Part shown: piece by piece, positions 44,059 through 53,265 of the stretch
Numbering within the stretch: position 1 is the first letter of the stretch
How the letters are laid out: every line of letters begins with the position of its first letter
Virus record (IMG/VR): IMGVR_UViG_3300045988_131126
DNA: 64,000 nt
Source of the DNA: a virus
Reading direction: 5' to 3' (one strand)
Program-made: the position numbers and the translations under genes
Notes under the pieces: model-generated
Seen by the model: only the letters and a program-made list of their open reading frames with translations
Told to the model about the DNA's origin: nothing
Database searches by the model: none

Positions 44059-44348
44059 GATTCAACCTCCATTGATGTATATACAACTCTTGGTCCTAAT
44101 GGTATACAGCGTTCATATAATTCTGGTTTATCTATATCAATTCCAAAAGTTTCTCCCCATTTACCAAAATTAGCTCTTGCTTTTATTTTTACATACTTTT
44201 TGGTATACCATTTGATAGCTTCATTTTCATTTAAAAATAATTTTGCTCCCGATATTTCGGTACTGACAGATTCGACCCCTCTCGCATAATATATCGCTCC
44301 ACTATTACCGACATAACCGATAACGTATCTTTTGTCAACTGTACACAT
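44055..44348 (-). CDS. small hypothetical protein, YVI-strand family
   Basis: ATG at 44348 (MCTVDKRYVIGY...) with AAAAGGAGGATTAAT SD. Paralog of 44350..44598 (shared KAR.N...W...FGI.(I/V)DKP). Confidence 0.75.
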   Translation of the reverse strand: MCTVDKRYVIGYVGNSGAIYYARGVESVSTEISGAKLFLNENEAIKWYTKKYVKIKARANFGKWGETFGIDIDKPELYERCIPLGPRVVYTSMEVES

Positions 44349-44349
44349 A

Positions 44350-44598
44350 TTAATCCTCCTTTTCAATTTCGATGAAATATGGTTTATCTACATTTATTCC
44401 AAACTCCTTTTTCCATCTATAAATATTAGATCTAGCTTTTAATTCTGGATAGCGCATTGTATAATACTCTGTAGCTTCTCGCATATTCCCGAAACTCATA
44501 GCATGATCAGTAGTTATAGTGCACGGGCTTGAATAATCTCTTGTGGTTAAGTAATTGCTTTTTCCACTAATTTTGTTCTTAAATGCTATTACTATCAT
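44350..44598 (-). CDS. small hypothetical protein, YVI-strand family
   Basis: AAAGGAGAAAACTT SD. Paralog of 44055..44348. Confidence 0.75.
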   Translation of the reverse strand: MIVIAFKNKISGKSNYLTTRDYSSPCTITTDHAMSFGNMREATEYYTMRYPELKARSNIYRWKKEFGINVDKPYFIEIEKED

Positions 44599-44644
44599 AA
44601 GTTTTCTCCTTTTTAATTATTTTTTCATAATTATAATATATAAC

Positions 44645-45922
44645 TTATTTAGTTATTCGATCTTTAGAATCCATCAATAATAATTGATTATTGAAATACT
44701 CTAAATCCATGTAAATAGTTATATTTACCTTATTCTCTATAACTGGAGAATTTATTATAATCTTGTATTTTTCCCAATCTATTTTTATATCAGATTCCTT
44801 ATGTACGTTATAAATTTTTATATTTAAAAATATAGAAGGAGATAATCCACTTTCGACATGGTTATGTAATACTTTTAATAGTTTACTTTCTGACAATAAT
44901 TCTTCAAATTCTATTACCTTCTCTTCATCTTTATCGAAGTAATAATCTGTAGTTATATATTGTCTCCAATTATGTTCATCTACATCTGGCGGATCTATAT
45001 TATCAAAGTCAAAACTATATAATCTTAATAAAGAATTTCTTTCTTCGAATTCTTTCTTTAAAGTTTTATTGGTATAATAGTAATAAAATGCTGGTGCCGG
45101 AAAGTGTAATGTACATTGCATTTCTAAATGAAAGTTTTCATTATTCATTCCAACTTGTTCACCATCATCCTTCTCTATATTCTCCAAATTGTATATTCTC
45201 ACGAACGTATCTTTCATTCTAATGAAAAATTCACTATTACCGTTAGCACTCCTAAACTTATAAAGAAATGGTATATGTGAATGAGAATTTAAGTATTTCA
45301 TAAATCCACATATATTTACTATTCTAGGTCTATTATGACAATCATTAACAATTTCGAATCCTGTATCTTTGGCAATATTCAGCATTATTTCGTATGGTAC
45401 ATGAATATCCATATTAATGTATTTACCAGTAGTACATCCAGATCTAAATGCTAATCTCATATACTCTAATAAATCTAATTGTAATGATCTCGTATCTACT
45501 CTTATTTTAAATACAAAATTCATCTCTATCTGTTTCATTCTTATTCCTAAGAATTGATTATTCTCATAATCTTGTAAAAATCCAGTATTGAAAAATTTAG
45601 TTCTTCTTGTAAGAACCTCTCTACCACCTTCAAATAAATCTACATGATCTCTATCATATTCAGTATTTATTGTAGGTTGTATAGCAAGCATAGGTGTTTC
45701 TTTTACTATAGGCATATTCTGATTAAATTCTTTAAAATCATCAAATATATATTTTCCATCTACATATACCGATTTAAAGAATCCTTCTTCAAATTGAGAT
45801 AAAAACCAATATCTCATAAATTCTACAGCTAATCCATAACTATGAGCTATAGAAGGAATAGATATGTTTCTTTTTAAGGCAATATCATTAAAATAAGTAT
45901 TGTCATCTGTTCTTAATATCAT
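44645..45922 (-). CDS. hypothetical protein (425 aa)
   Basis: ATG at 45922 (MILRTDD...) with AAAGGGTGAGATT SD. The track start at 45943 is a TTG without an SD. Confidence 0.75.
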   Translation of the reverse strand: MILRTDDNTYFNDIALKRNISIPSIAHSYGLAVEFMRYWFLSQFEEGFFKSVYVDGKYIFDDFKEFNQNMPIVKETPMLAIQPTINTEYDRDHVDLFEGGREVLTRRTKFFNTGFLQDYENNQFLGIRMKQIEMNFVFKIRVDTRSLQLDLLEYMRLAFRSGCTTGKYINMDIHVPYEIMLNIAKDTGFEIVNDCHNRPRIVNICGFMKYLNSHSHIPFLYKFRSANGNSEFFIRMKDTFVRIYNLENIEKDDGEQVGMNNENFHLEMQCTLHFPAPAFYYYYTNKTLKKEFEERNSLLRLYSFDFDNIDPPDVDEHNWRQYITTDYYFDKDEEKVIEFEELLSESKLLKVLHNHVESGLSPSIFLNIKIYNVHKESDIKIDWEKYKIIINSPVIENKVNITIYMDLEYFNNQLLLMDSKDRITK

Positions 45923-45972
45923 AATCTCACCCTTTCTGGTCAATTACATAATTGTTTCAGAAGGCAAAAAAT

Positions 45973-46002
45973 AAAGGACTAGAGTCATCGCTCTAGTCCT
46001 TT
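45973..46002 (-). terminator. intrinsic terminator after DHFR gene
   Basis: AAAGGACTAGAG-TCATCG-CTCTAGTCCTTT, with ATTTTTTGCC following on the minus strand. Confidence 0.78.
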
Positions 46003-46007
46003 TATAA

Positions 46008-46631
46008 TTATTTTGATTTGAGTATTGGAGAATCCAAAGGTAATGGTTTCTCTGTTGTAAAATCTGCAGGATAAAATTCTTGAGAAGTAATATATTGATT
46101 ATTCCTTCTATATTCATGTATACTGTATTTTAATTTTCTTCCGCTAATTTTATCATTTTCATTAAATTCTATACGAGTAATTTCCCTATACGTTTCATCT
46201 ATTAATTCAGTATATGGGAAAATTGTATAGTCTCCATCTGTAATATCAGGATCTTCTACCGCCGTGATTATCCAGTTATCAATACAGAATGATAATGCTT
46301 CATATGTAGATAATCCTCCTATTACACAAAATGTAGCTGCAGGATTTCCGATTATAATCTGTTTAATTTGATCAAGATTATAGTATGCTACATTTGGTAC
46401 TATATATGGACAATGTGTTTTATCATTAGTTAATACCAAATGAAATCTATTATCCAATGGAAAATATTCTTCATCAAATGTTTTTCTTCCTATAATCATA
46501 TTTGGATATAATGTAGTAATTGTTTTAAACCTGTGCATATCTGATGGTAAATTATACATAAGCTTACCATCTTTAGACATTTCGCCATTTGGTCCGATAC
46601 ATACTAATGCTATTACTGTCGCTCTTTCCAT
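46008..46631 (-). CDS. folA: dihydrofolate reductase with C-terminal extension
   Basis: VIALVCIGPNG...LMYNLPSDMHRFKTITT..NMIIGRKTFDE and VIGGLSTYE match the DHFR signatures (LPW..p.D...Fk..T, MGRKT, GG..iY). Confidence 0.85.
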   Translation of the reverse strand: MERATVIALVCIGPNGEMSKDGKLMYNLPSDMHRFKTITTLYPNMIIGRKTFDEEYFPLDNRFHLVLTNDKTHCPYIVPNVAYYNLDQIKQIIIGNPAATFCVIGGLSTYEALSFCIDNWIITAVEDPDITDGDYTIFPYTELIDETYREITRIEFNENDKISGRKLKYSIHEYRRNNQYITSQEFYPADFTTEKPLPLDSPILKSK

Positions 46632-46646
46632 AATTAATTTCTCCTT

Positions 46647-47387
46647 TTATTCTATATTATCTATGTCAAAAACTACTGTCGAATTTTTATATTTTTCTGG
46701 ATAATGAAGATAGCTCTTAGTATTCAGATAATTTATGCATTTATCTTTGTCTTCGGTTAAAAACCTATATACTCTAGAAAATACAATTAGATCTGGATCT
46801 GGTTGAGAGTTTGGAGTAGGGATTGCACCAAAAAACATTAGCTGATTAATTAATGTGTCGTTGTATGTAGTTGTGAGTAATTTTAATATATTAGTTGTAA
46901 AATCAGCGTAATAATCGTAGAAATCAAATCTTCTATCATCTGTCAGTACAGTATCATATGTTAATTTTCTGAGCATCATATCAGGTCTAGGAGTATAAAT
47001 ATTATTAATATTTGAAAAAGAAGATATATTAAGATATAATAATTCTCCTCTTCTTGTCTCAAATTCGAAAATTAAACTTTTATACATCTCTGGAACCCAA
47101 CGTATTCGATCTAATTGTTCTGTTTTTGGTGAGCTTAAGTAATAATCAAAATCATAGCGTCTGCGAACTTCGTCTAAATCAAAATAGTTCACACATTGTA
47201 TATATAATTCGAAAAGTTTATTTATATTTTCGAATTTAATAGCATTTAACGGGTTATTTGTTAAAACCGGAATAGGCTTACCATTTATCAATATTGTCTC
47301 ATTGCCAAAATATACAGGAAATACATCTGTATTGTCTTTATTTGCTTTTCCTTCAAAATACATTACATATTCTTTTTTATCGCTCAT
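46647..47387 (-). CDS. hypothetical protein (246 aa)
   Basis: ORF track. AAAGGAGAAAATAAAT SD. Confidence 0.78.
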   Translation of the reverse strand: MSDKKEYVMYFEGKANKDNTDVFPVYFGNETILINGKPIPVLTNNPLNAIKFENINKLFELYIQCVNYFDLDEVRRRYDFDYYLSSPKTEQLDRIRWVPEMYKSLIFEFETRRGELLYLNISSFSNINNIYTPRPDMMLRKLTYDTVLTDDRRFDFYDYYADFTTNILKLLTTTYNDTLINQLMFFGAIPTPNSQPDPDLIVFSRVYRFLTEDKDKCINYLNTKSYLHYPEKYKNSTVVFDIDNIE

Positions 47388-47411
47388 ATTTATTTTCTCC
47401 TTTATAAAAGA

Positions 47412-47441
47412 AGAGTCTATAGATATATAACTATAGACTCT
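47412..47441 (-). terminator. hairpin terminator after RNAP beta-prime N fragment
   Basis: AGAGTCTATAG-ATATATAA-CTATAGACTCT. Confidence 0.7.
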
Positions 47442-47447
47442 AAATTA

Positions 47448-48992
47448 TTAGTTACTTTTACTCATTTTCTGTAACTGCACTAATTCATCTGCAGTATATA
47501 ATTTTCTTCCTAACGATACAAATGTATTAGTATTAATTATGACATCTCGCTGATGATTCAACCTATTATCAAACGATCCATCATTCCTACTAATATACAT
47601 ACTCTTCGCAGGATTAAATACTCTATTTGCTGCACGATAAAATTCATCATTTATAATATACCAAATATTCAATGTATCACCGTCAAAGTCAGCACCCAAT
47701 GATACAAGGACACCGAGAGGTAATTCCATAGTATAGGAATATGTTATACCTACACAATACATCTGTAATATAGATCCATAGTTAATGGTTGGGTTTCTAT
47801 TAATAATAATAGGAATACCTTTCCCGCTCTTATGTTTCTTGATCATACTTTCAATGATTCTTACGATTAATGGATCTGTATTTATCTTTGCTGCATACCA
47901 TCTATTGTATGCATCCTGAGAAGATAAATTATATGATTTCTTAAGAATATTGATAATGGAAGCATGTAATAATTCCACTAAAGAATTATAGCTAAGTAAT
48001 ACTTGATCGTTTCTTAATTTCGGATTAGATACAATTACACATCTACCTGTAAAGTTATATCTACCAGCAAATAAAGATCTAATTGTACCTTTCTTACCTT
48101 CACAAATTGTAACGATATTATCATATAATTTCATGAATTCTACTTGAATATCGTATAATAATTGTGCTGTAGGTTTAATCTTCTTATTAGAATTAAACTT
48201 AGATTTGGCAAAGTTTAATTCAGATACTAACTTATTAATCTTAGTATAAATAGCATTAGATTCTTCAAAATAGAATGATTCTTTATCTTCATTGAATGGT
48301 CTAAGCATTGTACTGAATACAGGAATAGATTGAGTAAATACTTTATCTCTATTCTCCATAATATTCTTATAATACTCGATTTTATTTGGAAATTTTGCTT
48401 TATAATAATCCATAATCTCATCAAACCTATTATGGAATTCTACCATACCAATTCCATAGAATGGTTGATCTTCGTTCTCGATTATATGGATATGTCCATC
48501 TTCATCAATCTGAGCATCATATTTGATAATACTATCTAATTCTGTTTTACCTATTAAGAATTCAATAGATTTAAATAGATTACAATGTATAACAAAAAAA
48601 TCGTCAGATTGGATTACTATCCAACCTGTGTATCTGGGATTTGTTTCTACATTCTCTACTTTCTGTCCGCAGAATTTACATTTTAATCCAAGATTAATCT
48701 TGGATCTTGTCATTCCACATTTACATCTAAATGTATTCTGGAATTGATCTTGATCAGAAAGATTGTTTCCATATTTAGATGAAAATATAGAATGATCATC
48801 TTTAAGATCTTTTTTGATTCCATTTGTGGGAGATACAATAAATCCGTTACCAGATCTAATGTCTTGCACTCTCTCTTCGTCGAAATTGATTCTTTCCAAT
48901 TCCGTTGTGAATATCCAGTCTGGATTATGCGGATATGAATAAGTAAAATCCAATCCAACCCTTCCATCTGGAAGTTTCTTTAGACATTTCAT
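47448..48992 (-). CDS. multisubunit RNA polymerase beta-prime, N-terminal fragment (through the catalytic NADFDGD loop)
   Basis: Zn-ribbon CKCG...CKFCG, IPVFSTMLRP (LPV.PP.LRP), GKKGTIRSLFAGRYNFTGRCVIV ([23 protein letters not shown]), INRNPTINYGSI (LNRAPTLHR), GADFDGD encoded at 47676-47696. Confidence 0.9.
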   Translation of the reverse strand: MKCLKKLPDGRVGLDFTYSYPHNPDWIFTTELERINFDEERVQDIRSGNGFIVSPTNGIKKDLKDDHSIFSSKYGNNLSDQDQFQNTFRCKCGMTRSKINLGLKCKFCGQKVENVETNPRYTGWIVIQSDDFFVIHCNLFKSIEFLIGKTELDSIIKYDAQIDEDGHIHIIENEDQPFYGIGMVEFHNRFDEIMDYYKAKFPNKIEYYKNIMENRDKVFTQSIPVFSTMLRPFNEDKESFYFEESNAIYTKINKLVSELNFAKSKFNSNKKIKPTAQLLYDIQVEFMKLYDNIVTICEGKKGTIRSLFAGRYNFTGRCVIVSNPKLRNDQVLLSYNSLVELLHASIINILKKSYNLSSQDAYNRWYAAKINTDPLIVRIIESMIKKHKSGKGIPIIINRNPTINYGSILQMYCVGITYSYTMELPLGVLVSLGADFDGDTLNIWYIINDEFYRAANRVFNPAKSMYISRNDGSFDNRLNHQRDVIINTNTFVSLGRKLYTADELVQLQKMSKSN

Positions 48993-49065
48993 AATTATCT
49001 AACTCCTTTCTGTATAACGCTATAATAATATATCGTTATTTAAGTGTTTCAGATATAGTAAAAAT

Positions 49066-49092
49066 GGACATATAGGATACCCCTATATGTCC
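49066..49092 (-). terminator. hairpin terminator after HNH-like ORF
   Basis: GGACATATAGG-ATACC-CCTATATGTCC, with ATTTTTAC following on the minus strand. Confidence 0.7.
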
Positions 49093-49102
49093 GCATATTG
49101 CT

Positions 49103-49693
49103 CTAATGCATGTCTACATTATTTTTCTCTTTCCATACTTCAGCTCTTAATTTATTTACTATTTTCATTATATATCTTTCTTTAAAGAATCTTTTATTTA
49201 TTTCTTTAATATATCCAGATTCTTTTAATAAATAAATAATCTGAGTATTGGAAATATAATGTTTAATACAATATCTTATATACTTTTCTAAAGCATCTTG
49301 TTTAGCATTTCTAAAAGTAAGTAAAGCGTTAGTTTCATCAGAGTTAGCCCACATTAAATTTTCTGGTCTGAAATTGCTGTAATCTCTATCCTTGATATAT
49401 ACTTGATTTCTCTCAAAAAACTTATCTGATCCATTTCTAGGAATATATGTAGTAGCAACTAATCTTGAAATCTTATATTCTTTTTCTATCGCGTATTTAT
49501 CGTAATATACAATACCATCTATCATATTATATTTACAAACTTTTAGTTTTACGACTTTACCTTTATCAGAGTTGTACGATTTTAAAGGAGTATTACTTCC
49601 TTTCATATATACAACCCCATTAACCGTTATAGAATATGATTCAGCCAACGTATATTTGTCTGAATCTAAAACTAAAGGCATTTTTTGCATCAT
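49103..49693 (-). CDS. HNH_3/homing-endonuclease-like protein, catalytic His apparently substituted
   Basis: 196 aa. RLVATTYIP...VYIKDRDYSNFRPENLMWAN aligns with the RLV..aF...V.H.DGd..NN...NL.W pattern of phage HNH endonucleases, but Ile/Tyr sits where His is expected. GGGAGGATAAATAATT SD. Confidence 0.5.
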   Translation of the reverse strand: MMQKMPLVLDSDKYTLAESYSITVNGVVYMKGSNTPLKSYNSDKGKVVKLKVCKYNMIDGIVYYDKYAIEKEYKISRLVATTYIPRNGSDKFFERNQVYIKDRDYSNFRPENLMWANSDETNALLTFRNAKQDALEKYIRYCIKHYISNTQIIYLLKESGYIKEINKRFFKERYIMKIVNKLRAEVWKEKNNVDMH

Positions 49694-49695
49694 AA

Positions 49696-50940
49696 TTATT
49701 TATCCTCCCATTCTCCGAATACTGTATCAAGTGGTATTTCAGTTAACTGCTCTGTGGAATCGTGGAAAGACTTCATTGATATATTTTTCAAAGTAGAAGG
49801 AATTTTAGATTCTGTTATACCAGCATTCTTTATACCTATTCTGTATAACATATTACCTGCACACTTATTACATATACCTGTCTTAGATTCACACATAGAA
49901 GCAAATCTGAACTTGACAACTTTATTTAAATAGTTATCTACATTTTCAGATGTCAATTCTACAAGCTTGCCTTTATCGACTATATAAGAATACATCCAAA
50001 ATGATACATTCTTTTTGGTTAAATGAACTTCTACTGTATCTTTTGTATGACAATCTGATCCAGGAGCATCTAACGTGACATGCTGTAGTGTATATACAAA
50101 TAACTTTTCCCAATAACCACCATCGGCAGTTTTTCTTGCTCGTTTAAATGGACCAGCAGCTAATGAGTTAGCTATCAATGAATATTCATCTGCTTTGATT
50201 CCGTCTATATAGTTGGATGTAGCAAATTTGTATTTCTGTTTAGCATAAGGATCAGGATCTTTAATAACTCCTTTTACAACGAATATATTCTTAAAGTTAT
50301 TACCTACAGATCCTCTAGCACCAGAATTATATACATCCATAGACGGATCGTCTCCCATATAATCTAATGCATACTGTAATAATTCCTTCTCGACTTTATT
50401 ACCTACAACTTCATCCCCTCTGTCTAATGCTTCTTTATTTTTTGCTAAAAGTTCTTCTTTCTTTTTCTTAATAGCATCACTACAAGTAAGCATTTTATCA
50501 GTATAATTAGGAGCAAGTATAGTTACATAAGGCATTATCTTTTGTGTCTTATTTAAATAATGCTTTAAATAATCAAGCTGTATTTTATCTTCCAATAAAG
50601 CATAAGATAATTTCTTATTAATATCTCCAAATAAATCATCATCTACAGACTTATTTATATAATGAAATAAATCGAATAATTCATTTTCAAAAAAGAATTT
50701 ATTATATATAAATAAACCTACTGTAGTAGTAAATGAATTTTTGTTTTTCTTTTGCGGATTTGGACCGTAAGAATTTGCAGGAATAGTGACTATATCATAC
50801 GGATTATATTTTCTTTTTCCATCAAATTCTCCAAAAGTCTCCATTATAAAAGATAGAGTTATATCTTCTTCTTTTAAATCAACCAGGGCTTTTATTTCAT
50901 CTGGATTAGTGATCATTTTTGATTTACGTTTACTAGCCAT
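49696..50940 (-). CDS. multisubunit RNA polymerase beta-prime, middle fragment (region F/bridge helix to start of trigger loop)
   Basis: TTTVGLFIYN (TTVGR.I.N), NSGARGSVGN (DSGARGS), the bridge-helix-like segment NSLAAGPFKRARKTADGGYWEKLF, GSDCHT (DDCGT), and CESKTGICNKCAG (C....G.C..CYG). Confidence 0.88.
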   Translation of the reverse strand: MASKRKSKMITNPDEIKALVDLKEEDITLSFIMETFGEFDGKRKYNPYDIVTIPANSYGPNPQKKNKNSFTTTVGLFIYNKFFFENELFDLFHYINKSVDDDLFGDINKKLSYALLEDKIQLDYLKHYLNKTQKIMPYVTILAPNYTDKMLTCSDAIKKKKEELLAKNKEALDRGDEVVGNKVEKELLQYALDYMGDDPSMDVYNSGARGSVGNNFKNIFVVKGVIKDPDPYAKQKYKFATSNYIDGIKADEYSLIANSLAAGPFKRARKTADGGYWEKLFVYTLQHVTLDAPGSDCHTKDTVEVHLTKKNVSFWMYSYIVDKGKLVELTSENVDNYLNKVVKFRFASMCESKTGICNKCAGNMLYRIGIKNAGITESKIPSTLKNISMKSFHDSTEQLTEIPLDTVFGEWEDK

Positions 50941-51030
50941 ATAATTATTTCCTTTCTTATAATACTAGTCTTAGATTACAGTATTGTTGAACTTAGGAAG
51001 AATTATAGAAAAAATAAAAAATAAATTAAT

Positions 51031-51067
51031 CAGGCTTAGCCTGGACCCCTAGCTAATGCTAGAGGTC
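51031..51067 (-). terminator. tandem hairpin terminator after ORF 51078..51419
   Basis: CAGGC-TTA-GCCTG plus GACCCCTAGC-TAAT-GCTAG(A)GGTC, with a long T-run following on the minus strand. Confidence 0.75.
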
Positions 51068-51077
51068 TTGGTTCTTC

Positions 51078-51419
51078 TTACTTACGAATTTTATTCATAA
51101 GCTTGAAGAACAATTTTTGGCCTGCCAGTGCTCCTCCGATGGAGCATGTATAAGTTCCTATAACACACATAAGAGTCTTGAAATTTTCATTGCAAGACTC
51201 TCTTCTTTTCTTTCTCTGATCTTTAGCTACGAGTTTATTGGTAAACTCATTCGCGAGATCAATCATGTCTTCACGAGTAAATGTTTCCTCGCGGAGAACA
51301 TTGTCGTAACCGTCACTGACTGTTATAGTGACAGAATTATCACTATTGTTTTTGTATGTATTCTTTCTAGTTACGACTTTTGCTCTTGCGTTTTTAAGTT
51401 CTGCGTTATTGTTCATCAT
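51078..51419 (-). CDS. tail-anchored small membrane protein (113 aa)
   Basis: AAAGAGGTAACTT SD. C-terminal hydrophobic LMCVIGTYTCSIGGALAG followed by a basic tail. Confidence 0.75.
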   Translation of the reverse strand: MMNNNAELKNARAKVVTRKNTYKNNSDNSVTITVSDGYDNVLREETFTREDMIDLANEFTNKLVAKDQRKKRRESCNENFKTLMCVIGTYTCSIGGALAGQKLFFKLMNKIRK

Positions 51420-51518
51420 AAGTTACCTCTTTCTACCTAGTTGATGAGACTAGGATTTATTAGATTATTATTGTTTATCACTATAATATTATATAATCAA
51501 AAAATAAAGATATTACAA

Positions 51519-51552
51519 ATACCCCATAGTGTAATATTACACTATGGGGTAT
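51519..51552 (-). terminator. hairpin terminator after ORF 51558..52289
   Basis: Perfect 34-bp palindrome ATACCCCATAGTGTAAT/ATTACACTATGGGGTAT. Confidence 0.7.
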
Positions 51553-51557
51553 ATATT

Positions 51558-52289
51558 TCATTTGAATGTATAGATATTGTCTAATCTTTTAGCACATTCT
51601 TCTAAATTGCCATAGGCTCTCTGTCCTTCAAACTGAGATTTAAATATAGTCAAGAATTCATTTATTCTTCTTCTTGTACCTGCTACTTTGTTCCAGAAAT
51701 TATCTCTTTCTTTATCATCGATCATCCATTTTTCTGGACTTTTAACATAAGCAAATCTCATCGCAATATGCTCATTTTCTATATCGTATACTTTCTGGCA
51801 ATATTCTTTTACTATCTTCAGGAAATCGTTTACATCTGCATATTGACAATCATATTGATACACTTTGTCGAATATATCATCATCTACAACGAATAAATAA
51901 TCATATACTTTTGTAAGCATAGTATCGTAGTCTTTATCTCTATTTCCTTTTACTTTGTATCTATAACTTGTTCTCCAGAGATTGTTTCTTGTAGATATAA
52001 TACCAATAGCAATATTTCTATTCTCGTATTTTACATATACAAGTTTATCTAACTCTCTATTATATTCTCTATCGAATAATTCATGTACTCTTCTAATCTC
52101 TGTTTCAGGTGATCTGTATTTATCTTCTACAATCATCTTATCCATCACAGATACAATTTCTCTATCTACAAATTCTTTGCTAAGTTCAAATGTATAATAG
52201 TTAGACATTTTCACTACTCTGGCGAAGTCTTTATCAGACTCCGCCTTTTTTGTATAGAATACTTTAGTTTCTTTCTTGCCTGTTTTCAT
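51558..52289 (-). CDS. hypothetical protein (243 aa)
   Basis: ORF track. AAAAGGAGAACAAGAA SD. Confidence 0.78.
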   Translation of the reverse strand: MKTGKKETKVFYTKKAESDKDFARVVKMSNYYTFELSKEFVDREIVSVMDKMIVEDKYRSPETEIRRVHELFDREYNRELDKLVYVKYENRNIAIGIISTRNNLWRTSYRYKVKGNRDKDYDTMLTKVYDYLFVVDDDIFDKVYQYDCQYADVNDFLKIVKEYCQKVYDIENEHIAMRFAYVKSPEKWMIDDKERDNFWNKVAGTRRRINEFLTIFKSQFEGQRAYGNLEECAKRLDNIYTFK

Positions 52290-52304
52290 TTCTTGTTCTC
52301 CTTT

Positions 52305-52976
52305 TTAATTCTCACTTAATGGTATTAATATTTCACTACTTACAGATTTGGTATATAATTTATCGTTTCCTGGTTTCTTTATACTGATATCATATACAAC
52401 TGCTAATTTTTCTGCATATGTACCAAGATTTAATATATTCTTTTCTGTAAGTCTTTTATAAGTTGAATCAACAACTCCAAAATCGCTAAATGCATATCCC
52501 CATAATTGGTAAAATTGATCAGTATATCCTTCTATACTGAATATATTGTAATATGAGTTATTGTCATCAATCCAAAATCCATCTTGATTAAGTCCATGAT
52601 AAGTATCGTCCATAGTATCTTGTGTAATGCCATTAATCTGCGGACTAGTAGATTTTAATAATATATCGGCATGTACGTGATCAATGTATACCTGATATCC
52701 ATCAGGTAGACCAAGAGTTTGAACTTCCATACCAATATTTTTGGAATCTGTAACTCTCCATTTACTAATATTATAACCTTTTACAGTATAATTACATTTT
52801 AATTTAAAATCTTCACCATTGATTTCTAATTCCTGCTCTAGTTTAGGTTTTTCTACATTGACGTTTATAGAATCCGTAGTAGTATCTTTTTCTATAGTTT
52901 CGGATTCACATCCGCTTAATGATAGTATTAATACTATCATTAAACACATCATAATTTTATTCAGTTTTTTCTTCAA
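52305..52976 (-). CDS. lipoprotein
   Basis: TTG start 8 nt after GGAGGT. MKKKLNKIMMCLMIVLILSLSGC is a basic n-region, a hydrophobic core and an L-S-G-C lipobox. Confidence 0.8.
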   Translation of the reverse strand: MKKKLNKIMMCLMIVLILSLSGCESETIEKDTTTDSINVNVEKPKLEQELEINGEDFKLKCNYTVKGYNISKWRVTDSKNIGMEVQTLGLPDGYQVYIDHVHADILLKSTSPQINGITQDTMDDTYHGLNQDGFWIDDNNSYYNIFSIEGYTDQFYQLWGYAFSDFGVVDSTYKRLTEKNILNLGTYAEKLAVVYDISIKKPGNDKLYTKSVSSEILIPLSEN

Positions 52977-53256
52977 TTTTTGGTACCTCCAATTTATTAA
53001 TAGAATTTAATTGTAAAGTAATTTTTACAATTTCTAATGTGTTGATATCTAAAACTTTATTTATTTTACGTGCCATTAATTCTTCAAAATTATCACCAAA
53101 CCATTCTCTCGCATCTTCAATGCAACTGAATAGTTTAGCACACATTGGATTAGAGTGTAATATCATGCTGGTTATATATACATATTCACCAGTATCTTTT
53201 CTTTTACCCCTTATGACATATCTAGTTTCTCCTAAATTTATTCTACCCAATCTCAT
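52957..53256 (-). CDS. small hypothetical protein, YVI-strand family
   Basis: GAGGGGGTAAT SD. TRYVIRGKRK and AKLF..IEDAREWF resemble ORFs 44055..44348 and 53666..53998. Confidence 0.72.
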   Translation of the reverse strand: MRLGRINLGETRYVIRGKRKDTGEYVYITSMILHSNPMCAKLFSCIEDAREWFGDNFEELMARKINKVLDINTLEIVKITLQLNSINKLEVPKIEEKTE

Positions 53257-53265
53257 ATTACCCCC

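Noticed and set aside
47448-50940. A simple model in which a homing endonuclease insertion split one beta-prime gene in two.
   Set aside because: The fragment order on the coding strand is middle fragment, HNH-like ORF, then N-terminal fragment. A single insertion into a contiguous gene cannot produce this arrangement, so a rearrangement or independent fragment genes are required.
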